Source: Candidatus Bipolaricaulota bacterium (lineage in GTDB: Bacteria; Bipolaricaulota; Bipolaricaulia; RBG-16-55-9). Taken from it: a DNA stretch of 64,000 bases. The stretch covers positions 35,032-99,031 of the forward strand of contig JALSGO010000165.1 of assembly GCA_026982655.1 (NCBI GenBank), given 5' to 3'. The position numbers were made by a program, and so were the translations under genes. This document shows positions 28,065 to 36,736 of this stretch, piece by piece; position 1 is the stretch's first letter; each line of letters opens with the position of its first letter. Below the pieces are notes generated by a model. That model was not told the origin of the DNA. It worked only from the letters and a program-made list of their open reading frames with translations, and did not search any database.

Positions 28065-28853
28065 ATGGCTCAAGGGAGGGGTCGCTATCTGGAAGCCGGC
28101 TTGAGATCATCGGGGACCGCGGTCGTCTTCCTGCACGGGCTCTTCGGAAGCCCCGACAACTGGCGACCCGTGATGGACGCTCTGGCCGATGGATATTACT
28201 GCCTCGCGCCTCCGTTCCCCATTGACCATCGGCCCCACCGCCGCCCGCAGGACTTCCGCTCGATCCACCAGCTCACCGACGGGATACGAGAGCTCTTCGA
28301 GGAGATGAGGTTGGAGCGGGCCGTCCTCTGCGGGAACTCCTTAGGAGGACAGGTCGCGATCGACTTCTGCCTCCGTTACCCCGAGCGGGCCGAGGGGCTC
28401 GTCCTCACCGGGAGCGCCGGACTCTTCGAGCGGAACCTAAGCGGGGGAGAACTCCCCAAGGTGACCCGGGAGTTCATCCGGGAGAAGGCCCGCGAGATCT
28501 TCTACGATCCCGACCCCATCGTCACGGAGGAGATGATTGCCGACGTCCAGAGGATGCTCTCGGATCGGCAGTACGTGCGCTTTCTGCTCCGGGTGGCCAA
28601 GGCCACCCGGAACTACAACGTGCGCGAGGCGCTCGCGAAGCTCCGGCTGCCCACGCTGGTCCTCTGGGGACGGGACGATCGGATCACCCCGCCGTCGGTG
28701 GCCCGCGAGTTCTATGAGCGCCTGCCGCACGCCCGGCTCGTGTTCTTGGAACGCTGCGGCCACTCCCCGCCCATCGAGAGGCCGCGGGCCTTCAGCCGCG
28801 CGCTGCGGGCTTTCCTGCAAACCTTACGAACAACCCCTGGCGAGCCCCGTTGA
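28065..28853 (+). CDS. alpha/beta-fold hydrolase
   Basis: The oxyanion-hole motif HGLFGS and the nucleophile elbow GNSLGG are present, with catalytic Asp and His near the C-terminus. The start is trimmed to the ATG at 28065. Confidence 0.7.
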   Translation: MAQGRGRYLEAGLRSSGTAVVFLHGLFGSPDNWRPVMDALADGYYCLAPPFPIDHRPHRRPQDFRSIHQLTDGIRELFEEMRLERAVLCGNSLGGQVAIDFCLRYPERAEGLVLTGSAGLFERNLSGGELPKVTREFIREKAREIFYDPDPIVTEEMIADVQRMLSDRQYVRFLLRVAKATRNYNVREALAKLRLPTLVLWGRDDRITPPSVAREFYERLPHARLVFLERCGHSPPIERPRAFSRALRAFLQTLRTTPGEPR

Positions 28854-28882
28854 CCTCCTCGTAGGCCTCGTGGTATAAACTA
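28851..28882 (+). promoter_or_regulatory. putative sigma-70 promoter (TTGACC, 17 nt, TATAAA)
   Basis: A near-consensus -35/-10 pair lies about 50 nt upstream of the ORF at 28931. Confidence 0.35.
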
Positions 28883-28930
28883 GGGCATCTCAAACCCGTC
28901 GGAACGAAGGGTATCGTGTGAGGCATCGCC

Positions 28931-29287
28931 ATGACCGACATCCAGACGCAACCGGACGCGCTCCTCGACGTGGAGGCGGAGATCCTCCGCCATCTGTGGT
29001 ATGAGGGAAAGGCCACGCCCACGGCGCTGTCCGAGGCCCTCGGCCCGGAGCGGGACCTCTCCCTGCTCCACGAGGGCATTGAAGACTTGGCCGCCCGCGG
29101 GCTGATCTTCGAGTTCATCATGGCCCCCCAAGCGGGGGAGGAGTCGATCTACTGCCTCACCCGGCGGGCCCACCGGCGCATCCAAGAGGCGCTCCGGGGG
29201 TACAACCGCTACCGGCTGCGGGGGTTCTGGGACGCCCTGCGCTACGAGCAGAAGCTGCTGCGCACCGTCTTCCAGCTCGATTCTTGA
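28931..29287 (+). CDS. hypothetical 118-aa protein (possible winged-helix)
   Basis: Codon usage is consistent with its neighbours and a promoter-like element lies upstream. No family assignment was possible. Confidence 0.45.
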   Translation: MTDIQTQPDALLDVEAEILRHLWYEGKATPTALSEALGPERDLSLLHEGIEDLAARGLIFEFIMAPQAGEESIYCLTRRAHRRIQEALRGYNRYRLRGFWDALRYEQKLLRTVFQLDS

Positions 29288-29336
29288 CAGGGATCCGGAT
29301 CCTTCCGGTAAAATAAAAAAGGACCATCGAAAACGA

Positions 29337-30521
29337 ATGAGCCGCTCCTCTCCGCCCCCTCCCGACGGAAAGGCGCTCTCCGCGGAGCTGCTCTCCTGGT
29401 ACGCACATCATAAGCGGAGGCTCCCCTGGCGGGACCACCCCGATCCCTATCGCATCTGGATCTCGGAGGTCATGCTCCAGCAGACGCGCGTGGCCTCCGT
29501 AGAGCCCTACTACGAGCGCTTTTTGAAGGAATTTCCCACGGTCGAGGCGCTGGCCCGCGCGCCCTTGGACCGGGTGCTCAAGCTCTGGGAGGGCTTAGGG
29601 TATTACAGCCGCGCTCGGAACCTCCACCGGGCCGCCCGAGTCGTGGTCGAGCGCCACGGGGGCCGCCTTCCCGCCCAGAAAGACGAGCTGTTGAAGCTCC
29701 CGGGGATCGGGCGCTACACCGCCGCGGCCATCCTCAGCTTGGCCTTCGAGCAAGACGAGGTCGTCCTCGACGGGAACGTCCGCCGGGTGGCCAGCCGGGT
29801 GCTCGCGGTGCGGGAGGACCCCCGCAAAGCCTCGGTGGAGCGACAGCTGGAGGAAGCTTTGAAAGGTTGGCTCCCCCCGGGCCGGGCGCGGGACTTCAAC
29901 CAGGCGCTCATGGAGCTGGGCTCCTTGATCTGCCTCCCCAAAGCCCCTCGGTGCTCGATCTGCCCCATCGCGGAGCGCTGCCGGGCGAGGGCCCTGGGGC
30001 TCCAGGGGGAGATCCCCCGGCGGGCGAGGCGACGTCCCCTGCCCCACAAGGACGTCGCCGTGGGGCTCCTGCAGAAGGGGGGCAAGCTGCTCATCGTAAG
30101 GCGTCCCCCTCAGGGGCTGCTCGGCGGGCTGTGGGACCTCCCCCAAGCGCCGTACGCGTACGAGGGCTCCCCTCGGGAGGCCCTACAGCGGGCTTTCCGG
30201 GAACTGGGAATTTCAACGGATGTCGGGGAGGAGTTGACCCGCGTGGAGCACGGGTACTCCCACTTTCGCGTGACCCTGCACGTCTTTCGCTGCGCCCTCC
30301 AAGACGGCGCGGATCCCGCTCCCCCCCTCAAGCCCGAGGGCGAATGGGCTTGGGTCCGCCCGCGGGAACTCCCGCGCTACGCCTTCCCCAAGGGGGCGCA
30401 GAAGGTCTTTTCCGCGCTCGGGCTCTCTGGGCTAGATCCCGATCAAGAACGGGAAGAGGAACAGAAGCAGCAGGATTTGCAGCAGGAAGAGCAGGAATCC
30501 CGAGAGCGGCGGCGGGCTTGA
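29337..30521 (+). CDS. mutY: A/G-specific adenine DNA glycosylase
   Basis: A HhH-GPD domain (LPGIGRYTAAAIL) and a 4Fe-4S loop (CSICPIAERC) are followed by a C-terminal NUDIX-like domain. A roughly 34-aa acidic low-complexity tail is unusual. Confidence 0.85.
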   Translation: MSRSSPPPPDGKALSAELLSWYAHHKRRLPWRDHPDPYRIWISEVMLQQTRVASVEPYYERFLKEFPTVEALARAPLDRVLKLWEGLGYYSRARNLHRAARVVVERHGGRLPAQKDELLKLPGIGRYTAAAILSLAFEQDEVVLDGNVRRVASRVLAVREDPRKASVERQLEEALKGWLPPGRARDFNQALMELGSLICLPKAPRCSICPIAERCRARALGLQGEIPRRARRRPLPHKDVAVGLLQKGGKLLIVRRPPQGLLGGLWDLPQAPYAYEGSPREALQRAFRELGISTDVGEELTRVEHGYSHFRVTLHVFRCALQDGADPAPPLKPEGEWAWVRPRELPRYAFPKGAQKVFSALGLSGLDPDQEREEEQKQQDLQQEEQESRERRRA

Positions 30522-31085
30522 CTCCCCCGGGACGGATCGGGTGGGGTCGGGCCCTTGGGGCGAGAGGGTGGTGCGGAATTCGCCGCGGTAGCGGATCTCG
30601 AAGGGTCGGCCCTCGTCCACCCCCATGGGAAGCAGGAGGACCCCGGCGCTCACCGCGTTCGCCTCCAAGTTCCCCGGCCTGAAGTCCTCCGTGATGGGGT
30701 GGATCCGGTCGTCTCCCAGGAGGTAGACGACGCCGTCTTGGGCGAAGGAGATCTCCAGGGGGCTGAAGTACGAGGTGCGGGTGGGGACCACCAGGGCCAG
30801 AAGCGCCCGCCGGTCCACGTAAGGGGCGATCGCCTCTTTGAGGTCGGGCTTAAGGTCGCTTTGCAGGACCTCCTCCGTGATGTAGACGAAGGCGATCAAG
30901 AACTGATCGGAGCCGTCGGTCACGAACAGCGTGGCCAACAGCTGGGGATCGATCCCGGTCTTCTCGCTGATCTGCTGCTTGGCCCACTCCTCGAGGGCGG
31001 ATTGGGCCGAGGTCTCCGCGCTCAGCAGGCCCAGCAAGAGCAACACACCTAGGGCAACGAGCGCCCCGGTCCTTCGGCGAACCAT
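30432..31085 (-). CDS. secreted/membrane-anchored hypothetical protein
   Basis: A signal peptide (MVRRRTGALVALGVLLLLGLLSAETSAQS) and an AAAGGAGGG SD are present. The hydrophobic C-terminal tail is encoded antisense to the mutY tail. Confidence 0.5.
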   Translation of the reverse strand: MVRRRTGALVALGVLLLLGLLSAETSAQSALEEWAKQQISEKTGIDPQLLATLFVTDGSDQFLIAFVYITEEVLQSDLKPDLKEAIAPYVDRRALLALVVPTRTSYFSPLEISFAQDGVVYLLGDDRIHPITEDFRPGNLEANAVSAGVLLLPMGVDEGRPFEIRYRGEFRTTLSPQGPDPTRSVPGESSPPPLSGFLLFLLQILLLLFLFPFLIGI

Positions 31086-31124
31086 TGAACCCTCCTTTGG
31101 GCCTTCCTGGTAAGGGTTAAGGGC

Positions 31125-31214
31125 TTAGACGCCCACGAGGAAGGCGAACAGCACGGCGAGGAAGACGAACCAGAACGCGAAGAGGAGGAGCAACGTAGCG
31201 TCCACCACGACCAT
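31125..31214 (-). CDS. candidate 29-aa hydrophobic micro-protein (MVVVDATLLLLFAFWFVFLAVLFAFLVGV)
   Basis: The ATG is preceded by a GGGGAAAGGGGGTG SD and an upstream TATATAAT box. It codes for a single TM helix. It is too short for the ORF track and is unverified. Confidence 0.3.
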   Translation of the reverse strand: MVVVDATLLLLFAFWFVFLAVLFAFLVGV

Positions 31215-31272
31215 CTGCAGCACCCCCTTTCCCCTGTTTCCCAAAGATTATATACATCGTCTTCTCACAGCG

Positions 31273-33639
31273 CTAGTCGCACTCGGAGAAGCCGCAGTCC
31301 CCGCAGACGTAGCAGCCGTTGGTGAACATCAACAACCCCCCGCAGCTGGGGCAGAGCTCCGCCTCGCGCTTCGGCTCGTGACCATTGGTGGCCACCTCGG
31401 GATGCGGCTTTCCGGTCCCGGTGGGTTTGACCTCCACCTCCTCCAGGAGGGCCAGCTGCTCGCCGCCTTTCAAATACTCTTCCATCGCCTTGGCGATCGC
31501 GTCCGGGACGGAGAAGACGACCTTGCCGTCTTCCTGGACCACGGGCCGCAGGCCCCGGATGAGCGAGAGCTCGTCGATCACCGCCGTGGGCTTCACCCCG
31601 GAGCGCAGGGCCAGCGAGATCAGGCGCCCGATGGCTTCCGTAAAGGCCATCGCCGACGACCCCGATTTGCCCAGGTTGGCGAAGACCTCGACCATGCCCT
31701 TCTCATCGGCGTTGATTGTCACATAGAGGTTGCCCATCTCCGTCTTCATGCGGTAGGTCCGCCCGGAGACGACCTTGGGACGGGGGCGCGGGGTGCGGGT
31801 GGCCCGCACCGTCTCTTGTTCTTGGGCCCTGGCCTTCCCCTCCGTGAGGAGGATCCCCTCCCGCGAGCCCTCGCGGTAGACGGTGATCCCCTTACATCCC
31901 AGCTTCCACCCCAAGAAGTAGATCTTGGCCACCTCCTCGGGGGTGATCTCCTCGGGGAGGTTGACCGTGGAGCTGATCGCGTGGTCGATGTGCTTCTGGA
32001 TGGTCGCCTGCATCCTCACCCGGAACTCGGGGGTGATCTCGTGGGCCGTCACAAACGTGGGCGGCAGCTCCTTCTCGCTCTTGAGGTTGAACTTCCGCAA
32101 ATATTGGCGCACCAGGGGGTGGTAGACGTCGAACTCGTCCTTGCTTAAGGATTTGGACTTGCGCACGTACTTCAAAGCGAAGATGGGCTCGATCCCCGAG
32201 GTGCAGCCCGCCAGCACCGAGCCCGATCCCACGGGCGGGACCGTGAGCAGCGCGGCGTTGCGCAGGCCGTGTTCCTTGATGCGCTTGAGCACCTTCTTGT
32301 CGAGCCTCTGCACGAACGGGTTCTTGAGGTGTTTCTTAAGGTCGAAGGCGGGGAAGGTCCCCTTCTCCCGGGCTAGGTTGACGCTCTCGTCGTAGACGAC
32401 ATTCTTGATGCGCTCAAAGAGCTTGTCCGTGAACTCGACGGCCTCCTCGGTGTCGTACTTGAGCCCGAGCTGGATGAGCATGTCGCCGAAGCCCGTAAAG
32501 CCCACGCCGATGCGGCGGGACCACAACGACGCTTCCCGCTGCTGGGGTAGGGGGTGCTTGTCCGCGTTGTAGTCCAGGACGTTGTCGAGGAAGCGGGTGG
32601 CGTAGCGCAGCGCCTTCTCGAGGTGGGGCCAGTCCACCTTCGCATCGGGCTCGAAGGGGTCCTTGACGAACTTGGCCAAGTTGATGTTTCCCAGACAGCA
32701 GCAGCCGTAGGGCTCCAGCGGGATCTCCGAGCACGGGTTGGTGGTGATCACTTCCATGCCGTTGTACTCCGTGGTGGACTCCCGCTTGATCGTGTCCCAG
32801 AAGAGGAGCCCCGGCTCGGCGGAGGCCCAGGCGTTATAGATGAGCTTCTCCCAGAGCTTGCGGGCGTCCACCGTGCGCTCGAAGCGCCCGATGACCTCGT
32901 TCTCGTAGCGCAGCGTGAATTTTTCGCCCTTCTGGACGGCCTCCATGAACTCGTCCGTAAGGCGCACGCTGATGTTGGCGTACTTTACCTTCTGCCGGGC
33001 CGGATCGTTCTTGACCTCGATGAACTCTTCCACGTCGGGGTGGTCGACGGCGATGGTGATCATCAGCGCCCCGCGCCGCCCGGCTTGGCCGATGGTGCCC
33101 GTGGTCATCGAGAAGAGGTCCATGAACGAGACGGAGCCCGTAGAGTACAGAGCGGAGTTGTTGACGGGCGCGCCCTTGGGCCTTAGGATCGAGATGTCTG
33201 TCCCCACGCCGCCGCCCAGGGAGTACGTTCGGGCCGCCTCCTTACACCACTCGAAGATCCCCTCGATGCTGTCTTCTTTAATGGGGATCACGTAGCAGTT
33301 CAGGAGGGTGGCGCGGCGGGGCTGGCCGGCGCCGAACAGGATGCGCCCGCCGGGGATGAACTTGAAATCTTTGAGCAACCAGTGGAACTTCTCCCGCCAG
33401 GCCTTTTGCGCGGCCTTCGTCGCCTCCACGGACGCGATCTCGCGGGCCAAACGCTTCCACATCTCCTCCGGCGTCTTCTCCACCACCCGCCCCTCGCGGT
33501 CGCGCAGGGCGTACTTGTCCCAGAAGACCCGGATGCGGAGCTCATCCCCCTCGAAGAACTCCACCGTCTCCGGGGCCACCCCACCGGTGTCCCGGCCTTC
33601 GAGTTCGCGTCTCCGGTTCGCCGAGGTGCGATGTGCCAT
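31273..33639 (-). CDS. nrdJ: class II (adenosylcobalamin-dependent) ribonucleoside reductase
   Basis: The thiyl-radical loop TNPCSEIPL and class II RNR 10-stranded barrel motifs are present. The C-terminal CPSCGG...CYVCGDCG zinc ribbon is also present. Confidence 0.9.
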   Translation of the reverse strand: MAHRTSANRRRELEGRDTGGVAPETVEFFEGDELRIRVFWDKYALRDREGRVVEKTPEEMWKRLAREIASVEATKAAQKAWREKFHWLLKDFKFIPGGRILFGAGQPRRATLLNCYVIPIKEDSIEGIFEWCKEAARTYSLGGGVGTDISILRPKGAPVNNSALYSTGSVSFMDLFSMTTGTIGQAGRRGALMITIAVDHPDVEEFIEVKNDPARQKVKYANISVRLTDEFMEAVQKGEKFTLRYENEVIGRFERTVDARKLWEKLIYNAWASAEPGLLFWDTIKRESTTEYNGMEVITTNPCSEIPLEPYGCCCLGNINLAKFVKDPFEPDAKVDWPHLEKALRYATRFLDNVLDYNADKHPLPQQREASLWSRRIGVGFTGFGDMLIQLGLKYDTEEAVEFTDKLFERIKNVVYDESVNLAREKGTFPAFDLKKHLKNPFVQRLDKKVLKRIKEHGLRNAALLTVPPVGSGSVLAGCTSGIEPIFALKYVRKSKSLSKDEFDVYHPLVRQYLRKFNLKSEKELPPTFVTAHEITPEFRVRMQATIQKHIDHAISSTVNLPEEITPEEVAKIYFLGWKLGCKGITVYREGSREGILLTEGKARAQEQETVRATRTPRPRPKVVSGRTYRMKTEMGNLYVTINADEKGMVEVFANLGKSGSSAMAFTEAIGRLISLALRSGVKPTAVIDELSLIRGLRPVVQEDGKVVFSVPDAIAKAMEEYLKGGEQLALLEEVEVKPTGTGKPHPEVATNGHEPKREAELCPSCGGLLMFTNGCYVCGDCGFSECD

Positions 33640-33929
33640 GGACCTTCGAATCCTCCTTTATGCGAATACCAGTTTGCCGTCGTTGCGCCGCCGCTGCCGG
33701 ATCGGACTGCGAGGTTGGGATAGTCAAAGCCTACGCTGCGATGCCCCAGCCGGGTGGATGGGAATCCCAAGCGGCGAAAAAGGGTTGATCGCTCTCTCTC
33801 CATTGTAAAAAATCCGACTTCGTAGGTCTGTGATCCGGGGCACCCCCGACCGCGTTCCAGGGTAGGCACCCTCAGGGGGGGAGGTCAACCCCGACAGCGG
33901 TCACTCCGTGGGATCTTCCGGGAGAATCT

Positions 33930-34610
33930 TCAGAAGGAATGGCTCTCTCCCGGTTGGAGGACGACCACCCGGGCGGACGTCCGTCCCTCCACCTGCTCCT
34001 TGAACTTCTTGGGGTCTTGTCGAATCAGATCGAAGGTGTTGTAGTGGATGGGGATCACTTCCTTGGGCCGGAGGAGCTCCACGGCCACCGCGGCGTCCTC
34101 CGGGTCCATGGTGAAGTGGCTCCCGATGGGGAGAAGAGCCAGGTCTATCCCTTTCTTGCCGATCAGCTCCATGTCCCCGAAGAGGGCCGTATCCCCGGCG
34201 TGGTAAACCGTCTTGCCGTCCCGGGTCGTGAAGAGGATCCCGCAGGCCTGTCCCATGTACTGCCCGTCCAGGCTGGAGCTGTGGAAGGCTTGCACGAACT
34301 GGACCGTGCCGAAGTCGAATGCCTTCTTCCCCCCGGTGTTCATCCCCACCCCCTTGGGCGCGCCCTGGGACTGGCAGTAGCTGGCCAGCTCGAAGGTGGC
34401 CACGATGGGGCACTTTACCCGTCGGGCGATCTCCACGGCGTCGCCCACGTGGTCGAAGTGGCCGTGGGTGAGCAGGATCGCGTTCGGCCGAAAGTCCTCG
34501 GGCTTCCGCTTGGCGACCGGGTTTTGGGAGATGAAGGGGTCGATCAGGACGGAGTAGCCTTCGCTTTCGATCTCAACGGCCGCGTGGCCGATGAAGGTGA
34601 TCTTCGCCAT
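33930..34610 (-). CDS. metallo-beta-lactamase-fold hydrolase (UPF0173 family)
   Basis: The THGHFDH metal-binding motif is present. The start is trimmed to the ATG at 34610 (MAKITFIGHAA), which has a GAAGGAGG SD. Confidence 0.75.
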   Translation of the reverse strand: MAKITFIGHAAVEIESEGYSVLIDPFISQNPVAKRKPEDFRPNAILLTHGHFDHVGDAVEIARRVKCPIVATFELASYCQSQGAPKGVGMNTGGKKAFDFGTVQFVQAFHSSSLDGQYMGQACGILFTTRDGKTVYHAGDTALFGDMELIGKKGIDLALLPIGSHFTMDPEDAAVAVELLRPKEVIPIHYNTFDLIRQDPKKFKEQVEGRTSARVVVLQPGESHSF

Positions 34611-34670
34611 CTGGGGCCTCCTTCTCTCTTGCTTGCGTGCGTTGCAGGCTGCAGCGGTCGGGTGATAGGG

Positions 34671-34748
34671 TGGTCGGGACGGCCGGATTTGAACCGGCGA
34701 CCTCTGGCCCCCCATGCCAGCGCGCTATCCAGGCTGCGCCACGTCCCG
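34671..34748 (-). tRNA. tRNA-Pro(GGG)
   Basis: The cloverleaf was folded by hand. The acceptor is CGGGACG/CGTCCCG, the anticodon stem is CTGGC/GCCAG with loop ATGGGGG, the T-loop is TTCAAAT and the 3' CCA is encoded. Confidence 0.8.
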
Positions 34749-34762
34749 AGAGGTCCTCTTGT

Positions 34763-34790
34763 TTATAACAGCTTTCCGGAGGCCTTGCAA
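34763..34790 (-). promoter_or_regulatory. putative promoter (TTGCAA, 16 nt, TATAAA) driving tRNA-Pro(GGG) and the MBL hydrolase
   Basis: The hexamers lie on the minus strand about 15 nt upstream of the tRNA 5' end. Confidence 0.35.
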
Positions 34791-34982
34791 CCGGGTTGCC
34801 GATGCGGGGCGTATCGAAAAGCGTGCGTCTTTCCTTATAATGAGGCTCGCCGACGCGGTGCCCTAGAGCAAGCGTGCGGACGACGGGAGAGGGGACTCCT
34901 CAAGAGGAGACCGTACCGTATCGAAGCCGTTCGAGGACACCGGCTTGATCAACACAACAAACAACAAGGAGGAGATCGGACG

Positions 34983-36599
34983 ATGAAACGATGGATGATC
35001 TGGCCCGTAATGGCGGGGATCGCCCTTCTCGTTGGGCTCGCCTGGGCTTTCCTGTCTCCCGGGGGCCTCTTCGGCGGCGTGGGCGGGAGCCCTGCGGCGG
35101 GCCCGGACCGGGCTGTGAGCACGATGCCTTCGCCCCCACCGGAACCCGAGGTCCGGTGGGCCCAAGCTCCCCCCGCTACGGAAGCCCCGCCCGCACCGGG
35201 ACGCCGCCCGGAGGACTTGTTGGCCTCGCTCTCCCGGGAGGACCTCCAAGCGCTGATCGTGGCGGCGGGCCAGGAGGCGATCAAGACGGCCATCGAGCGG
35301 GTGGCCCCGTCCGTCGTGAGGATCGAGGTCATTCGTCGAGGGGCTTCGCCCTTGGCCCGCTTCTTTGACGACCCGATGTTCCGTTGGTTCTTCGACATCC
35401 CCGAGGAGCAGCCGCGTCAGACCTCGCTGGGGTCGGGCTTCTTCGTCGCCTATCAGGGGCAGAAGTTCATCCTCACCAACAACCACGTGGTGGCGGGCGC
35501 CGAGACCATCCGTGTGGTGCCGCCCGACCTCCGAGAGCTGGAAGCCGAGGTGGTCGGCGCGGACGAGAAACTGGATATCGCCGTGCTGCGCGTCGTGGGC
35601 GGACCGGTGGAGGACCTGCCCGCGGTGGAGCTGGGCGACTCCGACGCCCTGGAGATCGGCGACTGGGTGATAGCCATCGGGAACCCCTTTGGTCTGGACT
35701 ATACGGTGACGGCGGGGATCGTGAGCGCCCTGAACCGGGACATCCGCCGGCCGGACGGTTCGGGGTACTTCGAGGACATGATCCAGACGGATGCGGCCAT
35801 CAACCCGGGCAACTCCGGTGGCCCCTTGGTGGACGCCCAAGGCCGCGTAGTAGGGATCAACACCGCGATCGTGGCCGGTGCGGGCGGAGGGTCCCTGGGG
35901 CTGGGCTTCGCCACGCCCATCAATCCGGTAAAACGGGTGCTCGACCAACTGATCACCCAAGGAAAGGTCACCCGAGCGTGGCTTGGGGTCTACATCGCAG
36001 AGACGACCCCTCGGGTGGCCGAGTACCTCAAGATCGAACCCTACAGCGGGGTGCTGGTCAACGACGTCGTCCCTAACGGCCCCTCCCACGGAGTCCTGCA
36101 GCCGGAGGACGTCATCGTGAGCGTGAACGGAGAGCCCACCCCTAGGATCCGGGACCTCCAGAACGCCATTCAATATCGAACGCCCGGGGAGCGGGTCACC
36201 CTCGAGGTGCTGCGGAAGGGGGAGCGCCTCGCCGTAGAGGTCACGCTGGGCGAACGCCCCTCCGAGGAGGAGCTCTCTCAGATGCCGCCTCCGGGAGCTC
36301 CCGAGCAGGAGGAGCCGAAGCAGGCCTTTGGGCTTACGGTCCGGCCCAACTCCCCCGAGCTGGCCCGACGGCTCGGGTTGCGTACCGACCAAGGCATGGT
36401 CATCATGGAAGTCGAGCCGGGCAGCCCGGCGGACTTCGCGCGGCTTCGGCCGGGCGAGGTCATCCTCTCGATCAACAACCGGCCGATACGCTCCGTGGAC
36501 GAATGGAACGAGGCCGTCACGGAGGCGGAGGAGGAGAGCTTGGTGGCCCTGCGGGTGCTCCGCGGCCAGGTCCAACGCCTAGTGATCCTCTCCCCGTAG
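34983..36599 (+). CDS. degP: periplasmic serine endoprotease DegP/HtrA
   Basis: A signal/TM N-terminus and a trypsin-like domain with GNSGGPL are followed by two PDZ domains. The start is trimmed to the ATG at 34983, which has a GGAGGAG SD. Confidence 0.85.
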   Translation: MKRWMIWPVMAGIALLVGLAWAFLSPGGLFGGVGGSPAAGPDRAVSTMPSPPPEPEVRWAQAPPATEAPPAPGRRPEDLLASLSREDLQALIVAAGQEAIKTAIERVAPSVVRIEVIRRGASPLARFFDDPMFRWFFDIPEEQPRQTSLGSGFFVAYQGQKFILTNNHVVAGAETIRVVPPDLRELEAEVVGADEKLDIAVLRVVGGPVEDLPAVELGDSDALEIGDWVIAIGNPFGLDYTVTAGIVSALNRDIRRPDGSGYFEDMIQTDAAINPGNSGGPLVDAQGRVVGINTAIVAGAGGGSLGLGFATPINPVKRVLDQLITQGKVTRAWLGVYIAETTPRVAEYLKIEPYSGVLVNDVVPNGPSHGVLQPEDVIVSVNGEPTPRIRDLQNAIQYRTPGERVTLEVLRKGERLAVEVTLGERPSEEELSQMPPPGAPEQEEPKQAFGLTVRPNSPELARRLGLRTDQGMVIMEVEPGSPADFARLRPGEVILSINNRPIRSVDEWNEAVTEAEEESLVALRVLRGQVQRLVILSP

Positions 36600-36654
36600 G
36601 GGTTGCCAGAGGGAGCGGGGCCGGTTAGAATAGCAGCGTCTAAAGGCAGGATCT

Positions 36655-36729
36655 CGGGGAGTGGCGCAGCCTGGTTAGCGCGCAGCGTTCGGGACGCTGA
36701 GGTCGCCGGTTCGAATCCGGCCTCCCCGA
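36655..36729 (+). tRNA. tRNA-Pro(CGG)
   Basis: The acceptor is CGGGGAG/CTCCCCG, the anticodon loop is TTCGGGA and the T-loop is TTCGAAT. The CCA is not fully encoded. Confidence 0.8.
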
Positions 36730-36736
36730 CCCGAAA

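Noticed and set aside
29290-29336. A GGATCCGGATCC palindrome plus an A-rich run (taaaataaaaaagg) as a possible terminator
   Set aside because: The hairpin is followed by A-rich rather than U-rich sequence on the plus strand, and on the minus strand the orientation is wrong. It is more likely part of the mutY promoter/UP region. This is too weak to call.
33640-33929. A cobalamin riboswitch upstream of nrdJ
   Set aside because: I looked for a B12 box (GCCACTG) and the conserved GGTGC...AATCC core and did not find a convincing match. It is left as an unexplained long leader.
33939-34982. The N-terminal 348 codons of the 886-aa ORF preceding degP
   Set aside because: They run antisense through the MBL hydrolase and tRNA-Pro. 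degP has its own GGAGGAG SD and signal peptide at 34983.
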